Below are positions 13,023 through 26,260 of a stretch of 60,550 bases of DNA, in pieces; positions within the stretch are counted from its first letter, which is position 1; the number at the start of each line of letters is the position of its first letter. The DNA is taken from positions 75,623,957 through 75,684,506 of the forward strand of contig NC_068985.1 in the NCBI RefSeq assembly GCF_001194135.2. Reading direction: 5' to 3'. The DNA is from Octopus bimaculoides (Eukaryota). The notes beneath the pieces were generated by a model, which ran no database searches, had not been told where the DNA came from, and was given only the letters and a program-made list of their open reading frames with translations. Position numbers and translations under genes: made by a program.

Positions 13023-14004
13023 GTATANNNNNNNNNNNNNNNNNNNNNNNNNNNNNNNNNNNNNNNNNNNNNNNNNNNNNNNNNNNNNNNNNNNNNNNNN
13101 NNNNNNNNNNNNNNNNNNNNNNNNNNNNNNNNNNNNNNNNNNNNNNNNNNNNNNNNNNNNNNNNNNNNNNNNNNNNNNNNNNNNNNNNNNNNNNNNNNNN
13201 NNNNNNNNNNNNNNNNNNNNNNNNNNNNNNNNNNNNNNNNNNNNNNNNNNNNNNNNNNNNNNNNNNNNNNNCAAATACTAAGCGAACAAAGATGAACCAT
13301 CCCACTTCCACTGCGCTCACACACGCACACACATACAAACTCACATGCACACACACACACACACACACACATTCCCATACACCCCCTTTTACATACACAC
13401 ATATATTCACAGAGTTGAAACGCTGTTTGATTTATTTTTCAGTGTACAATTTTCATTATCCCACTACCAAGTATGACATCACCCCTTCCTTCTTTATTCA
13501 TCTATCACCCCTTCCTTTCTCATTCATAAACACAAGAGTATTTATGTGACCATGGGAGCTCTGAAAAAATACAAAGCCCAGCATCACCGCCGGATCATTC
13601 TGCACATCTGTGTAATTTTTCGTGCAATTCCACCCAGCCGTTTGACCGTGAATCCCAAGACAAGAAAGAATCGCCTATGTCAAATTTATATGTATACATA
13701 CATACATACATACATACATACATACATACATAGCTATCTCAGCGAAGGTGCTGCACTCACAGTCGTAAGATCGTAGTTTCGATTCCCAGAACAGTGGTGC
13801 GTTGTGTTCTTGGTGTTCCGTTCCGTTCAGGCGTAAGTAATCGCCTGCTTGCATGCCTGCCGAGCCGGCAATCTGACGTCATTCGAAGCTACAACAGCGC
13901 GTGGAAGTGCATTGTAACCAATGATGTACAACATCCGATAGTCTGGTCTATACAGTGATAGTGATACAGTGACATACGTACATACATACATAATACATAC
14001 ATCC

Positions 14005-14035
<31 letters not shown>

Positions 14036-14570
14036 CGTACATACATACATACATACATACATACATACATACATACATAAATGCACGCAAATATGTATAC
14101 CTATATACATTCATATACACATACAGGTAATTTACATCCGGAAATCTATTCTTAAAAAATGCCAGTCTGACTCATTTTGCATAGAAAACACCTAATTTTA
14201 TTCCCCCATCCCCCCAAAAAGCACCTGCTTAACAAGCTGGGACATGTATAGTATAACTCTGTACAAAATTTAGCAGTTTGAGGGGTAATAGACATGTGCA
14301 TAAACAACTTAAATATGGTTGGATATTTTATTTGAGTAACTTAATCAACAACTCTGTGTCCCAGAAAGAGCGAAGGGAATTTCTAATAACCTTATGGAGA
14401 GGGAAGGACATATCTTGCAGTGTAAGATTGTGTTTAGGGTTGTTTCAAATGCTCGGATTTTTTCTGGGTTTTTTTTTAGCTACATTTGAACTGGAATATA
14501 TTTTTAATTTCCTCAATGAATATTTAATGTATGTGCTATAAGTGTGTTTATTTTACATTACTCATCTCAT

Positions 14571-14608
<38 letters not shown>

Positions 14609-14652
14609 GTGTGTGTGTATCTAAGCATGCACGTATGTAGATACATACATAC

Positions 14653-14736
<84 letters not shown>

Positions 14737-15446
14737 GCACACATGATACATATACGAACATGTACGCACGTAAACTAGTTATTTTCACTTATGTTCTGCC
14801 TTTCATACTAAACAATGTTACGCATGTCATTATACTCAACATTTTAATTTCTAGCCACTTTAAAATTTTCTGCAATGAACGCCTCTGTTTCGTAGCATAA
14901 AACATCAAAGACATTTTTATATAGTTAAGGCAATTAAAGAGGGCAGTGTTCATAGCATTTGCATAATTTCCGAGACTAGAAGAGGATAAGCGTGTAAGAT
15001 GCACCAACAACTTGGTTCGATATCAGTTTCAACTTTGAAATTAGCTGGACCTCAAAAACTATGTTTGCACCTGCCCGTAAATTTTTGCGGCTTCCTAAGA
15101 TATTATTCACTAATACAAGCTTCTCTTGTATCTGGAGGCGAGCCTCTGTAGCATGAACAACTTTCATCTATATCTTCAAAATCAGTCCACGCATTAGGAA
15201 AGGGAACATCCAACAGGAACTAGCGCATTAAGATATCTAGATACCTGGATTAATTTTACATCATAACCTCTGTCCTGTATAGAGAAAATGAAAGATTTAT
15301 TTGCACAAAGATGTAACACATCTACGCTTTTGTATTGTTTCCAATATTTTTGAAATTAAAACAGTTAGACTATGAATTAATCTATCTACAGATTGCATAC
15401 AATCTGACAGTGGAGTATATAGTAGTGACTATATAGGTAGATGAGA

Positions 15447-15560
15447 CATCGTTAGCGTGTCTGTGGAGTGCTCAGCCACTTGCATGATAATTTCACGAGC
15501 AGGCTGTTCTGCTGGTCGAATGAACTCGAACACTCGTCGTCGTAACCGACGGAGGGTCAC
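15447..15560 (+). mobile_element. SINE-B 3' fragment
   Basis: GTGTCTGTGGAGTGCTCAGCCACTTGCA...CGTCGTAACCGACGGAG is the reverse complement of 19728-19835. Confidence 0.8.
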
Positions 15561-15565
15561 TTATA

Positions 15566-15783
15566 TACGAGGGGATGCTGGAAAGTTCCTGGTTTAAGAA
15601 TATCGCGAAAGGCCTGTTTGAAGACCCAATCTTCTGACTTCTTTTACAGGGCTTATAAAAACTGAAGGACCACTGCAATAAATGTGTGAATCTGAGAGGG
15701 GAATGTGTTGAGTAAAATCATAATTAACTGATCCTCACATTATTTATTTTACCCAAAACCAGAAACTTTCCAGCACCCCATTG
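15566..15783 (+). mobile_element. Mariner-derived MITE
   Basis: TIRs TACGAGGGGATGCTGGAAAGTTCCTGG / CCAGAAACTTTCCAGCACCCC; the interior encodes a mariner C-terminus (KLKDHCNKCVNLRGECVE*). Confidence 0.85.
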
Positions 15784-15847
15784 TGTTATATGTATATATG
15801 CAAACGTACATACATATATATGTATACATACATACATACATGCATAT

Positions 15848-15918
<71 letters not shown>

Positions 15919-16784
15919 TGTGTGTGTGTGTCTGTGTCTGTGTCTGTGTCTGTGTCTGTGTGTCTGTGTGTTCATATATGCAGTAAGTACATACAAGAAG
16001 AGTCAAGCGCATTGAATACGTGTGCAATTCATGATTGCAACAGATAGCACCGTACATTTAGTCATTCGAATTTGAAGTATGTTGTAATCAGATTGAATAT
16101 GAAGTGCAGCATAAGTGATCTGTTATTCAGAACATAGAGAGGAGCTCACAAAGAAAAGGCTTTTGGCTAAGTAAAGCAGATTATTAGTGGAAAAGGACAG
16201 AAAAGAAACACATAGATTTCTCTTTAATGAGCGAAAGAGCGTGCGAATGGGAAACCTGTGTATAGTTAGGTGCTGGCTGGCCTTTAGAATTAAAGCTAAA
16301 GCCGAGTGCGTATGATAATTTGTAGAGCTGCAAAGCTATAAAATTGTCAATTGCTCAGTCGTGCGTGCATGTTTATTCCAGCCTAACATATTCCAGAGAA
16401 ATTTCGATAAGATATTACATGGGATTTGCATCGACTTTAAAATGCTCTGGTTTACAGAAGGTGCTCTATAACAAATTTTCTATTGAACGCAAATGAAATA
16501 GATATTAGATAAGAAAAATATGAACATAATAAACAAAATAAACTGAAGGAATTCTGAGCCTTTTGCAAACATTACGCTTATATAAGTTCCTGAAATTATG
16601 TGATTATAAGTATATGTGTGGATATGTAAAAGTGTACGTGCTCGAATGAGCCGCAATAGAGTCAAAAATTTTCAAAGTTAATTCGTAATTCATACAGCTG
16701 TGAATTCCTCGGTCGAGTGTTCATGTCTGGTTATACACGTTTCAGTGAAATTTCGAGATTATCAAGAATAAAGAAGGTAGGTCC

Positions 16785-17155
16785 AGGAGTTGCTGTATGG
16801 TAAGAAGTTTACTTCCCAACCACATGATACCAAGTTCAGTCCCACTGCATGAGCAAGTGTCTTCTGCTAAAGTTTCGCGCCGGTCAAAAGCATTGTGAGT
16901 GGATTTGGTGGACGGAAACTGAAAGAAACCCGTCGTGTGTGTGCGTGTGTCTGTTTGTTTGTCCCCACTACCGCTTAGCAACCGGTGTTGGCTTGTTTAC
17001 GTCCCCGGTTCGGTAAAAGAGACTGATGGAAAAAGTACCAGGCTCAACAAAAAAGTATTGGGATCGATTTATTCGATTGACAATTCTTCAAGGTTGTGCC
17101 CCAGCATGGCCGGAGTCGAACGACTGAAACAAGCAAAAGATAAAAGTTAAAAGAT
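16785..17155 (+). mobile_element. SINE-C, full length
   Basis: Head GTATGGTAAGAAGTTTACTTCCCAACCACATG..GTTCAGTCCC, internal (GT)n, tail ...ACTGAAACAAGCAAAAGATAAAAG. Confidence 0.85.
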
Positions 17156-17293
17156 ACGCTCTAAAACATTCTACGTTATAAAAGTTGTCTCTAAATAAAA
17201 ATATTACTAATTGAAAATAGAAAATATTATAAAAATTTTTAAATACAAGAATTTGTTGTAATACGTAATGAGCTTATGTATTCATGATCTATG

Positions 17294-17480
17294 TACGAGG
17301 TGGCTTTCAGGGTATCGCGAAAGGCCTAGTTGGAGGCCCAACCTTCCCTGTTCTTCTACGTGGCTTAGAAAAACTGAAGGACCATTGCAATAAGTGTGTT
17401 GATCTGAGAGGGAATATGTTGAATAAAATCATAATTAACAAATCCTCTTGTATTTTCTTTTACTCAAAGCCAGGAACGTT

Positions 17481-17482
<2 letters not shown>
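17294..17482 (+). mobile_element. Mariner-derived MITE (same family as 15566)
   Basis: TACGAGG start; interior GLEKLKDHCNKCVDLRGNML. Confidence 0.8.
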
Positions 17483-17530
<48 letters not shown>

Positions 17531-17904
17531 CGTAATTGTAAAATTTGTGCGTGATGTTTAAGAAATTGCACGTATTTATAAATGTTATGACATGAAATGC
17601 CTGCATTTAAATTTATGCTAACAAATGTTGTGAAATTATATGCGAATATTTAAAAGTTTGTTTTCGAATTTAGAAAACTGATCAAGAGGGTAATTGGAAA
17701 GGAGCGATTAATCACAAGCATTGAGGGTGGAAATGCAAAGTTATATATCAGTGGAGAAGGTAAGCCGCGTTAGGTTACGGGGAATTAGGAGACAGAAGGA
17801 ATCAATAAAAAGTGAAGGGAAGAAAAATGGGAAGAAGTTGGATAAAGGGAGCGGAGCAAGTGCTGATAGAAGTGATGTTTTATGTTGGTATACTGATGGG
17901 ACGT

Positions 17905-18123
17905 CATAGGGTGGCGAGTTTGCATAATCGGAAGCGCACCGTGCAAAATGCTTAACGGCATTTCGTCCGTCTTTACTTTTTGAGTTCAAATTCCACCAAG
18001 GTCGATTTCTGCCTTTCATCTTTTGGGAGTCAATAAAATAACTACTAGTTGAGCACTGGGGTCGATGTAATCGACTTTACCTCTTCGCGAAATTGCTAGC
18101 CTTGTGCCAAAATTTGAAACCAA
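17905..18123 (+). mobile_element. SINE-A with 14-bp target-site duplication
   Basis: Flanks TACTGATGGGACGT (17891-17904) and TATTGATGGGACGT (18124-18137); alternative 3' end CCTTGTGCCAAAATTTGAAACCAA. Confidence 0.85.
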
Positions 18124-19727
18124 TATTGATGGGACGTAGCTGTTTACTGTTGAAGGCTTTATGATAACAGCTGAATTAATTTAATGCATATTAAGTTGGG
18201 TCTTGTTGGTAATTTTATTTCTTTTAAGTAATTCAAATGACTAGTTTTCACAAATTTAGAAGAATGACCAAATCATAATTTTCAGGAATTCATATTAAAC
18301 TATCTCAGTAGATAGCAATCTTTCTAAGGTAAGCATTTTAGATGTCACGCTAAATTTATAAACAGGTAAATTTTACTCTTAATCAATAGTGACAAACAAT
18401 TTCATATTCCACCAGATATTCATCATGGGTTAGTCGCCGCCAACCGTAAGTGTATTTCATCCTTAGCCTCCGATAAAAAAGAGTTTTGAAGGTTATCAAC
18501 CTATCACATTGAAATACTCAGAAGAGGAAAAGGACACCGAGGAAGAGTTAAATATATACAAATACCGTCTATTTTAAAATACAAAAGTTGAACAAAACTC
18601 TCCCTAGGTATATTCTACTATTCAATTTGAATGTAGGTACAAATATAATGAAGGAATTTCTGGACCTACTATATCTAACTTTCCCAAGAACTCATAGGAT
18701 TCTAAGTTTCCTACCTTTGCAGTAAGAACTTTGCCAATAAGAGCAAAATATTGAATGCAAAACGACTAAACAGTAGAAAACAAACCGAATCTAAACACAG
18801 CTGTAACTTTAGGAACCTATCCAAATGTCTTCTTAACGGTCATTTCCTAACTAATTCGGTGGGTTAAAATTCGAGCTACTATTAGTGTCATGCTACGAAA
18901 ACACGATTGTTAGGGAGAAAGTTAATGAGACTGCATACACGTGCTTTATCAGAAGAGGATGGAGTTTTCAAGTTCAATAGAAGGGATGCAACTCTTAATT
19001 TTCATTTTTCACTTTCTCAAAAACTACCTTTTTCGTTTTTCTTTTCTTTTTTCAAAGATCAGCCTTCCTTTGTCATTTTTCAAAAAATGTATATTTGAGT
19101 CAGAAAAATTGCTTGGAAACACACGGCATGCTATACGAGCTTGCCCGACTGTTGTGTTCTCACAGCATGCAGCTAATAATCTTTCACTGGATAGAGTATT
19201 TTTATGCTGAACACCCGTAACATTCGAGTGATTTTATTTTTCTGAACTGTGATGCATATCGTTCGCCCACGAAGACCACCGAAAGAACTTGTGCTGTGAG
19301 TGTATTTCAATCTGGGTTTCCTTCCTACTGTTTTCTTTTTAGCGACTTGCGGTCATCCTTTTTCAGCTCCAGCTAACGTTTCTCTTTACCCATGGCCATA
19401 TTGAGCTCTTCTCAGCTGTCCGTGACAATCGTTAGACCGTCGCTGCTCTTTTGCGACTGTTGATTCCGAATTGGTACATAGAGGCTGTGACAGCACTTTA
19501 TGCACCAACTTCCCTGTATATATGTGCGGGGTTGTGAGTGGTGTGTGTGCATAGACAGGTGGGTAGATTGATACATCTCAGAGTGTTTCTGTATGTGTGT
19601 GTGTATGTGTATAAGTACAGATACGACTTACATTTCGAGTCACTGACATTCATTAATTCAGACACATACTTGCGCGCACGCACATACACACACACACACG
19701 CACACATACATACGTACATACATACAT

Positions 19728-20108
19728 GTTGGCACTCCGTCGCTTACGACGTCGAGGGTTCCAGTTGATCCGATCAACGGAACAGCCTGCTCGTGAAATT
19801 AACGTGCAAGTGGCTGAGCACTCCACAGACACGTGTACCCTTAACGTAGTTCTCGGGGATATTCAGCGTGACACAGTGTGACAAGGCTGGCCCCTTTAAA
19901 ATACAGGTACAACAGAAACAGGAAGAAAGAGTGAGAGAAAGTTGTGGTGAAAGAGTACAGCAGGGTTCGCCACCATCCCCTGCTGGAGTCTCCTGGAGAT
20001 TTAGGTGTTTTCGCTCAATAAACACTCACAATGCCCGGACTGGGAATCGAAACCGCGATCCTATGACCGCGAGTCCGCTGCCCTAACCACTGGGCCATTG
20101 CACCTCCA
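19728..20108 (-). mobile_element. SINE-B, full length
   Basis: Minus head GCAATGGCCCAGTGGTTAGGGCAGCGG...GGTTTCGATTCCCAG; near-identical organisation at 58950-59268. Confidence 0.85.
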
Positions 20109-20144
20109 CACATACATACATACATACATACATACAAACATACA

Positions 20145-20175
<31 letters not shown>

Positions 20176-20524
20176 CCATAATTATTTCTGCTTACTACTG
20201 AATACATATTTCACAGTAACACCGACATATATATAGGTTACACACGTTCTTTTTTTGTATTCTCCGTATGCTTTTGTGAGTGTATTTGTTTTGTGTGAAC
20301 AGGCTGGTCGTTAGTGATACGGATTCTTATGAAAGAAAAATATGTCAGATATATACAATCATATATCTATAAATATATACATACACATACACATACACAC
20401 ATACACATATATACTTGTATACATTATACACACACACACACACACACACATAACACACCCACCCACCCACACATACATACACGCGCGCGCACATATATAT
20501 GTATTTATATATATTTATGTAGCT

Positions 20525-20655
20525 ATATGGTAACTAGTTGTCGAGTTCAGTTCCCTTGCGCGGCATATTCGGTGTTTTCTACTGTAACCTCGGGTTGACT
20601 AAAGTCTTGTGAGTGGATTTGCTAGACGGAAACTGCAAGAAGCCCGTCGTATATA
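20525..20655 (+). mobile_element. SINE-C head-only copy
   Basis: GAGTTCAGTTCCC...GTGAGTGGATTTGCTAGACGGAAACTGCAAGAAGCCCGTCG, then (TG)n. Confidence 0.75.
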
Positions 20656-20659
20656 TGTA

Positions 20660-20702
<43 letters not shown>

Positions 20703-20706
<4 letters not shown>

Positions 20707-20935
20707 CTTAGTGGTTAGGGAGTTGCACTCATGATCGCGTGATCTTGGTTTCAATTCCCAGACCGAGTGTTGCGTTGTGTCCTTGAGGAAAACACTTCAT
20801 TTCACGTTGCGATCACTTTGACACGTGACGCGTGGCACACCGTGTACCTGTTCAGACATCGTCGATTTAATGGGGAGAGTGAGTTAATGTGCGACACATA
20901 CATTTGATCACTACAAGCAAATGATTTGTGGAGAT
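20703..20935 (+). mobile_element. SINE-B-like head with a different tail
   Basis: GTGGCTTAGTGGTTAGGG...GGTTTCAATTCCCAGACCG...CCTTGAGGAAAACACTTCATTTCACGTTGC, then a tail not shared with other copies here. Confidence 0.7.
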
Positions 20936-21445
20936 CGGCCGGCAAAAGCTAAACGCTCATACGTCGTTTTCGAAGGGAGAGTCCATCATATATATGATGT
21001 GTTTGCATGTGCATTGGCGTGTTTCTGTGTGTGTGTGTATGAAAATCTGATAGAAATCCAAATATTGACATTATTTCCTTTCTACCCACGGACGATCTTT
21101 TCGTCACCGACATAACGTTCTGTTTTTTTCAAACTACTCTCCCGTTTTCATTATATTTTGTTCTTAATTCACCATCTAAATATAGTACCCAGCCTTTCCA
21201 GTTCGATCATACTAATTATTTTTATGACTGCTTTAATTCACGCTATCATAATTTTTTACTGCCTCATCCTTTGTTCGTTCGTTTTTATGGCTTCTCTTGA
21301 ATAAAAGATACGACTGACACTAAACCTGATTATATGTATTGGGTCCCCTAACAAAAACAATTTCTTACAATTTCTTTGGTGCCTGCGTTATTGAACTGTA
21401 GCCGGAATGCTTTGAACACAACTTACCCGTCTCCGTAAATATATT

Positions 21446-21935
21446 GATTTCAAATTTTGGCACAAGGCCAGCAATTACGCGGTAGGGGGAGGTAAGTCGG
21501 TTACATCGGCCCTAGTACTAGACTGGTATTTATCTTATCGACCCCAAAATGATGAAATGCAAAGGCGACCCCGGTAGCATTTGAACTCAGAGCGTATTGA
21601 CGGAGAAACGCCGCTAAGCATTTTTTTTTCCGGCGCGATAACGATTCTGCCAACTCGCCGCTTTCATTTACGTGAATATATTGATTTCAGATTTTTGCAC
21701 AGTGCTAAGTTCGGTGTAGGAGGTAAGTCGATCACATCGACCCCGGTGTTAAGTTTGGGGTAGGCTGTAAGTCGATTACATCGACTCCAGTGCTTAACTG
21801 GTCCTCGTTTTGGCGACCCCGAAGGGATAAAAAGCAAAGTCGACCCCAGTGACATTTGAACTCAGAACAAAAAGTCGGAAGAAATGAGACTAAACATTGT
21901 TTCTGGGGCTGTAACGATTCTGCCAGCTCGTTGCC
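21446..21935 (-). mobile_element. Two tandem SINE-A copies bracketed by a thrice-repeated ~20-bp sequence
   Basis: SINE-A reverse complements at about 21446-21662 and 21683-21935; spacer variants at 21428, 21663, 21936. Confidence 0.85.
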
Positions 21936-22109
21936 TTCGTCTACGTAAATATATTAAGAACCATAACATCGGTGCTGGCGTAGAGGCCTCGAGAATTTAG
22001 ATGTAGTTGTGAATTTGCATGTTATTTGGAGGGTTGGCAGCAGTGACATAGCTAGTGTATGTTCTGCCCGAGGTAAACCTTGAGCTTTGAATCCTTTATT
22101 TTTTTATGC

Positions 22110-22392
22110 GCCCTTTTAAAGCCTAGCCAGGCTCATGGGCCCGGTTTCCCAGTTTCTATGGCGTATGCGTTTCCCCCAGCTAGACGGGACGCCAGTCCAT
22201 CGCAGCGTTACCCAAGAAACAGGAAGAAAGAGTGAGAGAAAGTTGGGGGCGAAAGAGTACAACAGGGGTCGCCACCATCCCCTGCTGGGGCGTCGTGGAA
22301 CTTTAGGTGTTTTTGATCAATAAACACACACAACGCCCGGTCTGGGAATCGAAACCGCGAGTCCGCTGCTCTAACCACTGGGCCATTGCGCT
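22110..22392 (-). mobile_element. SINE-B with alternative tail
   Basis: Head and body as in the 19728 copy, but 3' part GATGGACTGGCGTCCCGTCTAGCTGGGG...GAAACCGGGCCCATGAGCC, also seen in degraded form at 55685-55745. Confidence 0.85.
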
Positions 22393-22773
22393 TCCTTTAG
22401 ATTCTTTAAGTGGTTAAATCTCAGCGCTGTTGAGTGCATGGTTCAAACTCGATCTGGAAATGAAACTGTCTTTAGTTTATTATTAACTTGAATTTATTTT
22501 CCTGTGATAGCCTAGGTGGGATGGTTTAAGCAAACTAATATATTTGAAGCTATTTTACACATTGATGCCCCTCTTGTTACTTATCAGTCATCTGTTAAAT
22601 TTGGGTGGAACTTATTATCGCTCATGCATAGTTAGACAGAGTTATAGGCCATGTATAAAGAGCATAAAAGAATGTCTGTGATAAATACAGAACTTTTCAT
22701 TGTATGGTCAACATTTCATCACCATAAAACTTATTATAGGGCGTATATATTAGCATATGAATGTGTATGTGTA

Positions 22774-22805
<32 letters not shown>

Positions 22806-22863
22806 ACTGTGTGCGTGTGCGTGTGTGTTTGCATGTGTGTGTGTGTGTGTGTGTGTGAGTGTG

Positions 22864-22907
<44 letters not shown>

Positions 22908-23321
22908 CGCGTATGTGTTTATAAGGCTCATTGTGTTTCCTTCGTATTTCGAAAACATCGGAGTGCAGAAGAAATCATTGAATTCAGAGTTTATGTATAT
23001 ATAAGATGGGCATAGGTAGGTTTAGAGGTGAACAGATTTGACTCTTCACTACGGGTCACTGTACTTAGGGATATTCAGATGTGTGAAAGCAGTAGGTAAG
23101 GGAGAGCAAATGCATGGGTATTTAAGATGGTGCAAGAGTAGGTGACCTTTAGATAAAAACAGAAAAAGAAAGCGAACTCCAAAGAAACACAATTAGATAT
23201 TGTAAGTGCCATCATCCAAATAAACATATATTTCCATTCTACCGCGTGTTACTGAGTACGTTACTTCAAACTGATCCCGTAAATTTTTCTTCTAACGGGA
23301 GTCTATCGATATTTGTAAGTA

Positions 23322-23542
23322 TATGAGGGAGTGCTGAACAGTTCCAAACTTTAGGTAAAAGAATACACAGGAAGGTCAGTTAATTGTGATTTTATTCAAC
23401 ATACTTCCTTCTCAGATTCACACACTTATTGCAGCGGTCCTTCGGTTTTTCTAAGCCCTGTAGAAGAACTCGGAAGGTTGGGCCTCCTACCAGGCCTTTC
23501 GCGATACTCTTAAAGCCAGAAACTTTCAGCATCCCCATGCAT
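23322..23542 (-). mobile_element. Mariner-derived MITE (third copy)
   Basis: Reverse complement of the 15566 element, with both TIRs recognisable. Confidence 0.8.
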
Positions 23543-23714
23543 ACATGCACAATTAAATATGTGTGTATGTGTGCAAATAATATATTAAGATACAGCGTGT
23601 TCGGAATAAATTTGAAAGTTTACATAAAAAGAAAAGAAAACACAATATCTCATCAAAGAAGAATTTTTAAAAATTACAAATATTTTTAAAAATCACAACT
23701 ATCTTTAAAAATCA

Positions 23715-24350
23715 CAAATTTTCAACTTTACGGCTGGAAGTAGTCGCCTGCAGCTTCCACCACGCCCTCAACACGGCTCTGGAACTTGGTGGATACGTTC
23801 ATCACTGTATCCCTGAGATCTTCGAACACCACCTTGGTCTTAATCACCAGCTCGGCCTTGATGTTGCAGCAGGCTGAGCGATTAATATCTTTTTCAACCG
23901 CACCTAGTAATACTTGGGATGACAATTGGGGGAATTAAGAGGCCAGACATTGGGGTTGCTGATTAATAGTAGTAATTCTCCGACAGCCACTTCTGACTCT
24001 TTCTGGAGATACGACAAGGAGCGGAATCCTGCTACCACACACATATGCGGAATCCTGCTACCACACACATATGCCCTTCCAGCAGCAATCTTCTAAAGCC
24101 AGGGTTTCCCCACAGTCTCCAACAGATTCACATAACCGTTTGAATTGCACCTAAAGCCCTTTTCAAAGATAAGGGGTTGAATTCTGGCGTGCAGACACAG
24201 TCCGAAAGCCTGTTGCGTCCCTTCCTCCTGGTCAAGGCTTCGTAGTCTCCGTTGCAGCTGTTGATGTCACATCTTACAGCCTTTATAGTGTTCACAAAGC
24301 ATTGAGCAGTAGTCCTGATGTCGGCTTTTTGATAACCGGTGTAAGTCATG
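23715..24350 (-). mobile_element. Tc1/maT (DD37D-like) transposase relic
   Basis: Minus-strand AYVW*QDSAP, NPNVWPLNSPNC and LGAVEKDIN...KFQSRVEGVVEAAGDYFQP; 26-bp internal tandem duplication near 24021-24075. Confidence 0.75.
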
Positions 24351-25043
24351 ATACAGTTATGTCTTTTCCAATATCTGTTTCCTCTTCTATCTTTTCTCTT
24401 TTCAAAGGCAATATTCCTCCAGCTACCTTACCTCGTCTGGCCTAACGGCACTCCATGTTTGTTTTCGTTTAGTTTGATGTAAACTTAAATCCGGCAAAAA
24501 AGAAGCATGTTCTAAGTTATAGAACAGTATATATTAAAGTTAGATAAAGCCGGTTTATGGGATCACCTTAGGTTTCATGTCCATAAAGAGTTTAGCTTCG
24601 TGGCATATCATCAGATTCCCAAACCTTATGTCTATGTGTCTTTGGTAATATGAAAATACCAATAACACTTAACTGTAAAAAATAAACAGTGGAAACACAT
24701 TTCCATTTTAACACTCCTTATAGAGCACATAAGCACATTTCTATATACTGCACATATATAAACATACACAAATTATTAGTAGAAACTTGCATACACGTAG
24801 GTGTGAGTGTGCGTGTGTATTATTTATGCACATACATTTAAAAGCTTATAAATGTATGTATACAATACATACACACACATATAAATAGATATACTATATA
24901 CACTTAGATACGACATATATACTGATACATACATATACTACATGTATATGCATTATTGCATATATATATTATATATGTATGTGTGTGTATGTGTGTATCT
25001 ATAACATATATATATATATACACATACACACACACATATATAC

Positions 25044-25098
<55 letters not shown>

Positions 25099-26034
25099 CA
25101 TATGTATATATACATACATATATATACATACATGCATATGTATATAGATATTTATATATATCTAGACACGCATATACGTACACGCATCGGTGTATTTGTG
25201 TATGTGTGTGTGTGTCTATGGGTGTGTGTAATGTAATTTTATGTATTATGTATGTATTTGTGTGTGCATATGTGTGTATGCATATGTGTGTGTGTTTGTA
25301 TGTAAGTATGTATGTGTGTGTGTGTGTGTGTGTTTATGTATGCATTACACCTCCTAGTCTACGTGACACACGTACAAATAACTTTCTGTTAACATATGCT
25401 CTTCAAAAGGAATTAGATGACACACACTTGTTTGCTGTCAGTCTGGTCAAAAAGACTTCATAAATTGATGAGAATCTCTTTGATATTATTACTAAAGAAT
25501 GCCTTAGAACTCTTGAAGAACTACTTGGGTACAAAACGTCGAGTGTACGTAGACAGCTATAAATAAACATTGGACAGGGAAAACATTTAGGTAGCTAGTT
25601 GGCTATCAGTCAGGTGTGACAGTAGGTTATATCAACATAGACAAGGTGAGATGAAGAATGTTTGAAAATTTTAGTTGGTAGTAGTGGTGATGTAGGTGTA
25701 GTTGTTTGTTTGCGTTTGGAGTTTTTTCTTGCTTTGTCTTGTTTGTTTTCGTTTCTTTTTATATATGCATTTTACGGCACACATTTTTATCAGTCTTTGT
25801 TCTGGGTTTTTGGTCCTTTTGTTTGTTTTTATCTTTATGTTATTTCCTGAGCTCCCAGTTTTTATTGTGGAATATTTTGTGCTGAAGACTGAATATGATT
25901 TTATCCGGTAGTAAGGCCCTAGTTCTAAAGCTTCAAGGGTTTTGAGAAGAGTAGAACCATCTCGGAGCCAGCTCTGTTCTGACTCGTTGTAGTAGTACCT
26001 GTTAGCATCCTAGCTATGGGTCAAATACCAAATC

Positions 26035-26260
26035 AGTTGAGCAGATGGAGTTCGTTGGGTAACCCATGTAGGAGAAGGAAAATGTTGATTTCAGACTTTC
26101 ATTGCGTTGCGGGCATACCCAGCCATGGGATTGACTTCGGTAATAAACCCTGAACAAAAACCAGGAGTTGGAGCCCCTGATGCAATTCTACGTTGTCTAC
26201 AACGTCTTTCTGGCAACTCGTTCGATGACGCTGGCGCCAAATCGTAATGGCTGTGCTGTT
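26035..26260 (+). mobile_element. Probable RTE-clade LINE 5' UTR relic
   Basis: CAGATGGAGTTCGT..GGGTAACCCATGTAGGAGAAGGAAAATGTTGATTTCAGAC..GCGTTGCGGGCATACC resembles RTE 5' UTRs (from memory). Confidence 0.45.

Noticed and set aside
18286-18328. Exon candidate with strong AAG|GTAAGC donor
   Set aside because: Stops in all three frames; it could only be non-coding, and such sites are expected by chance a few times per strand
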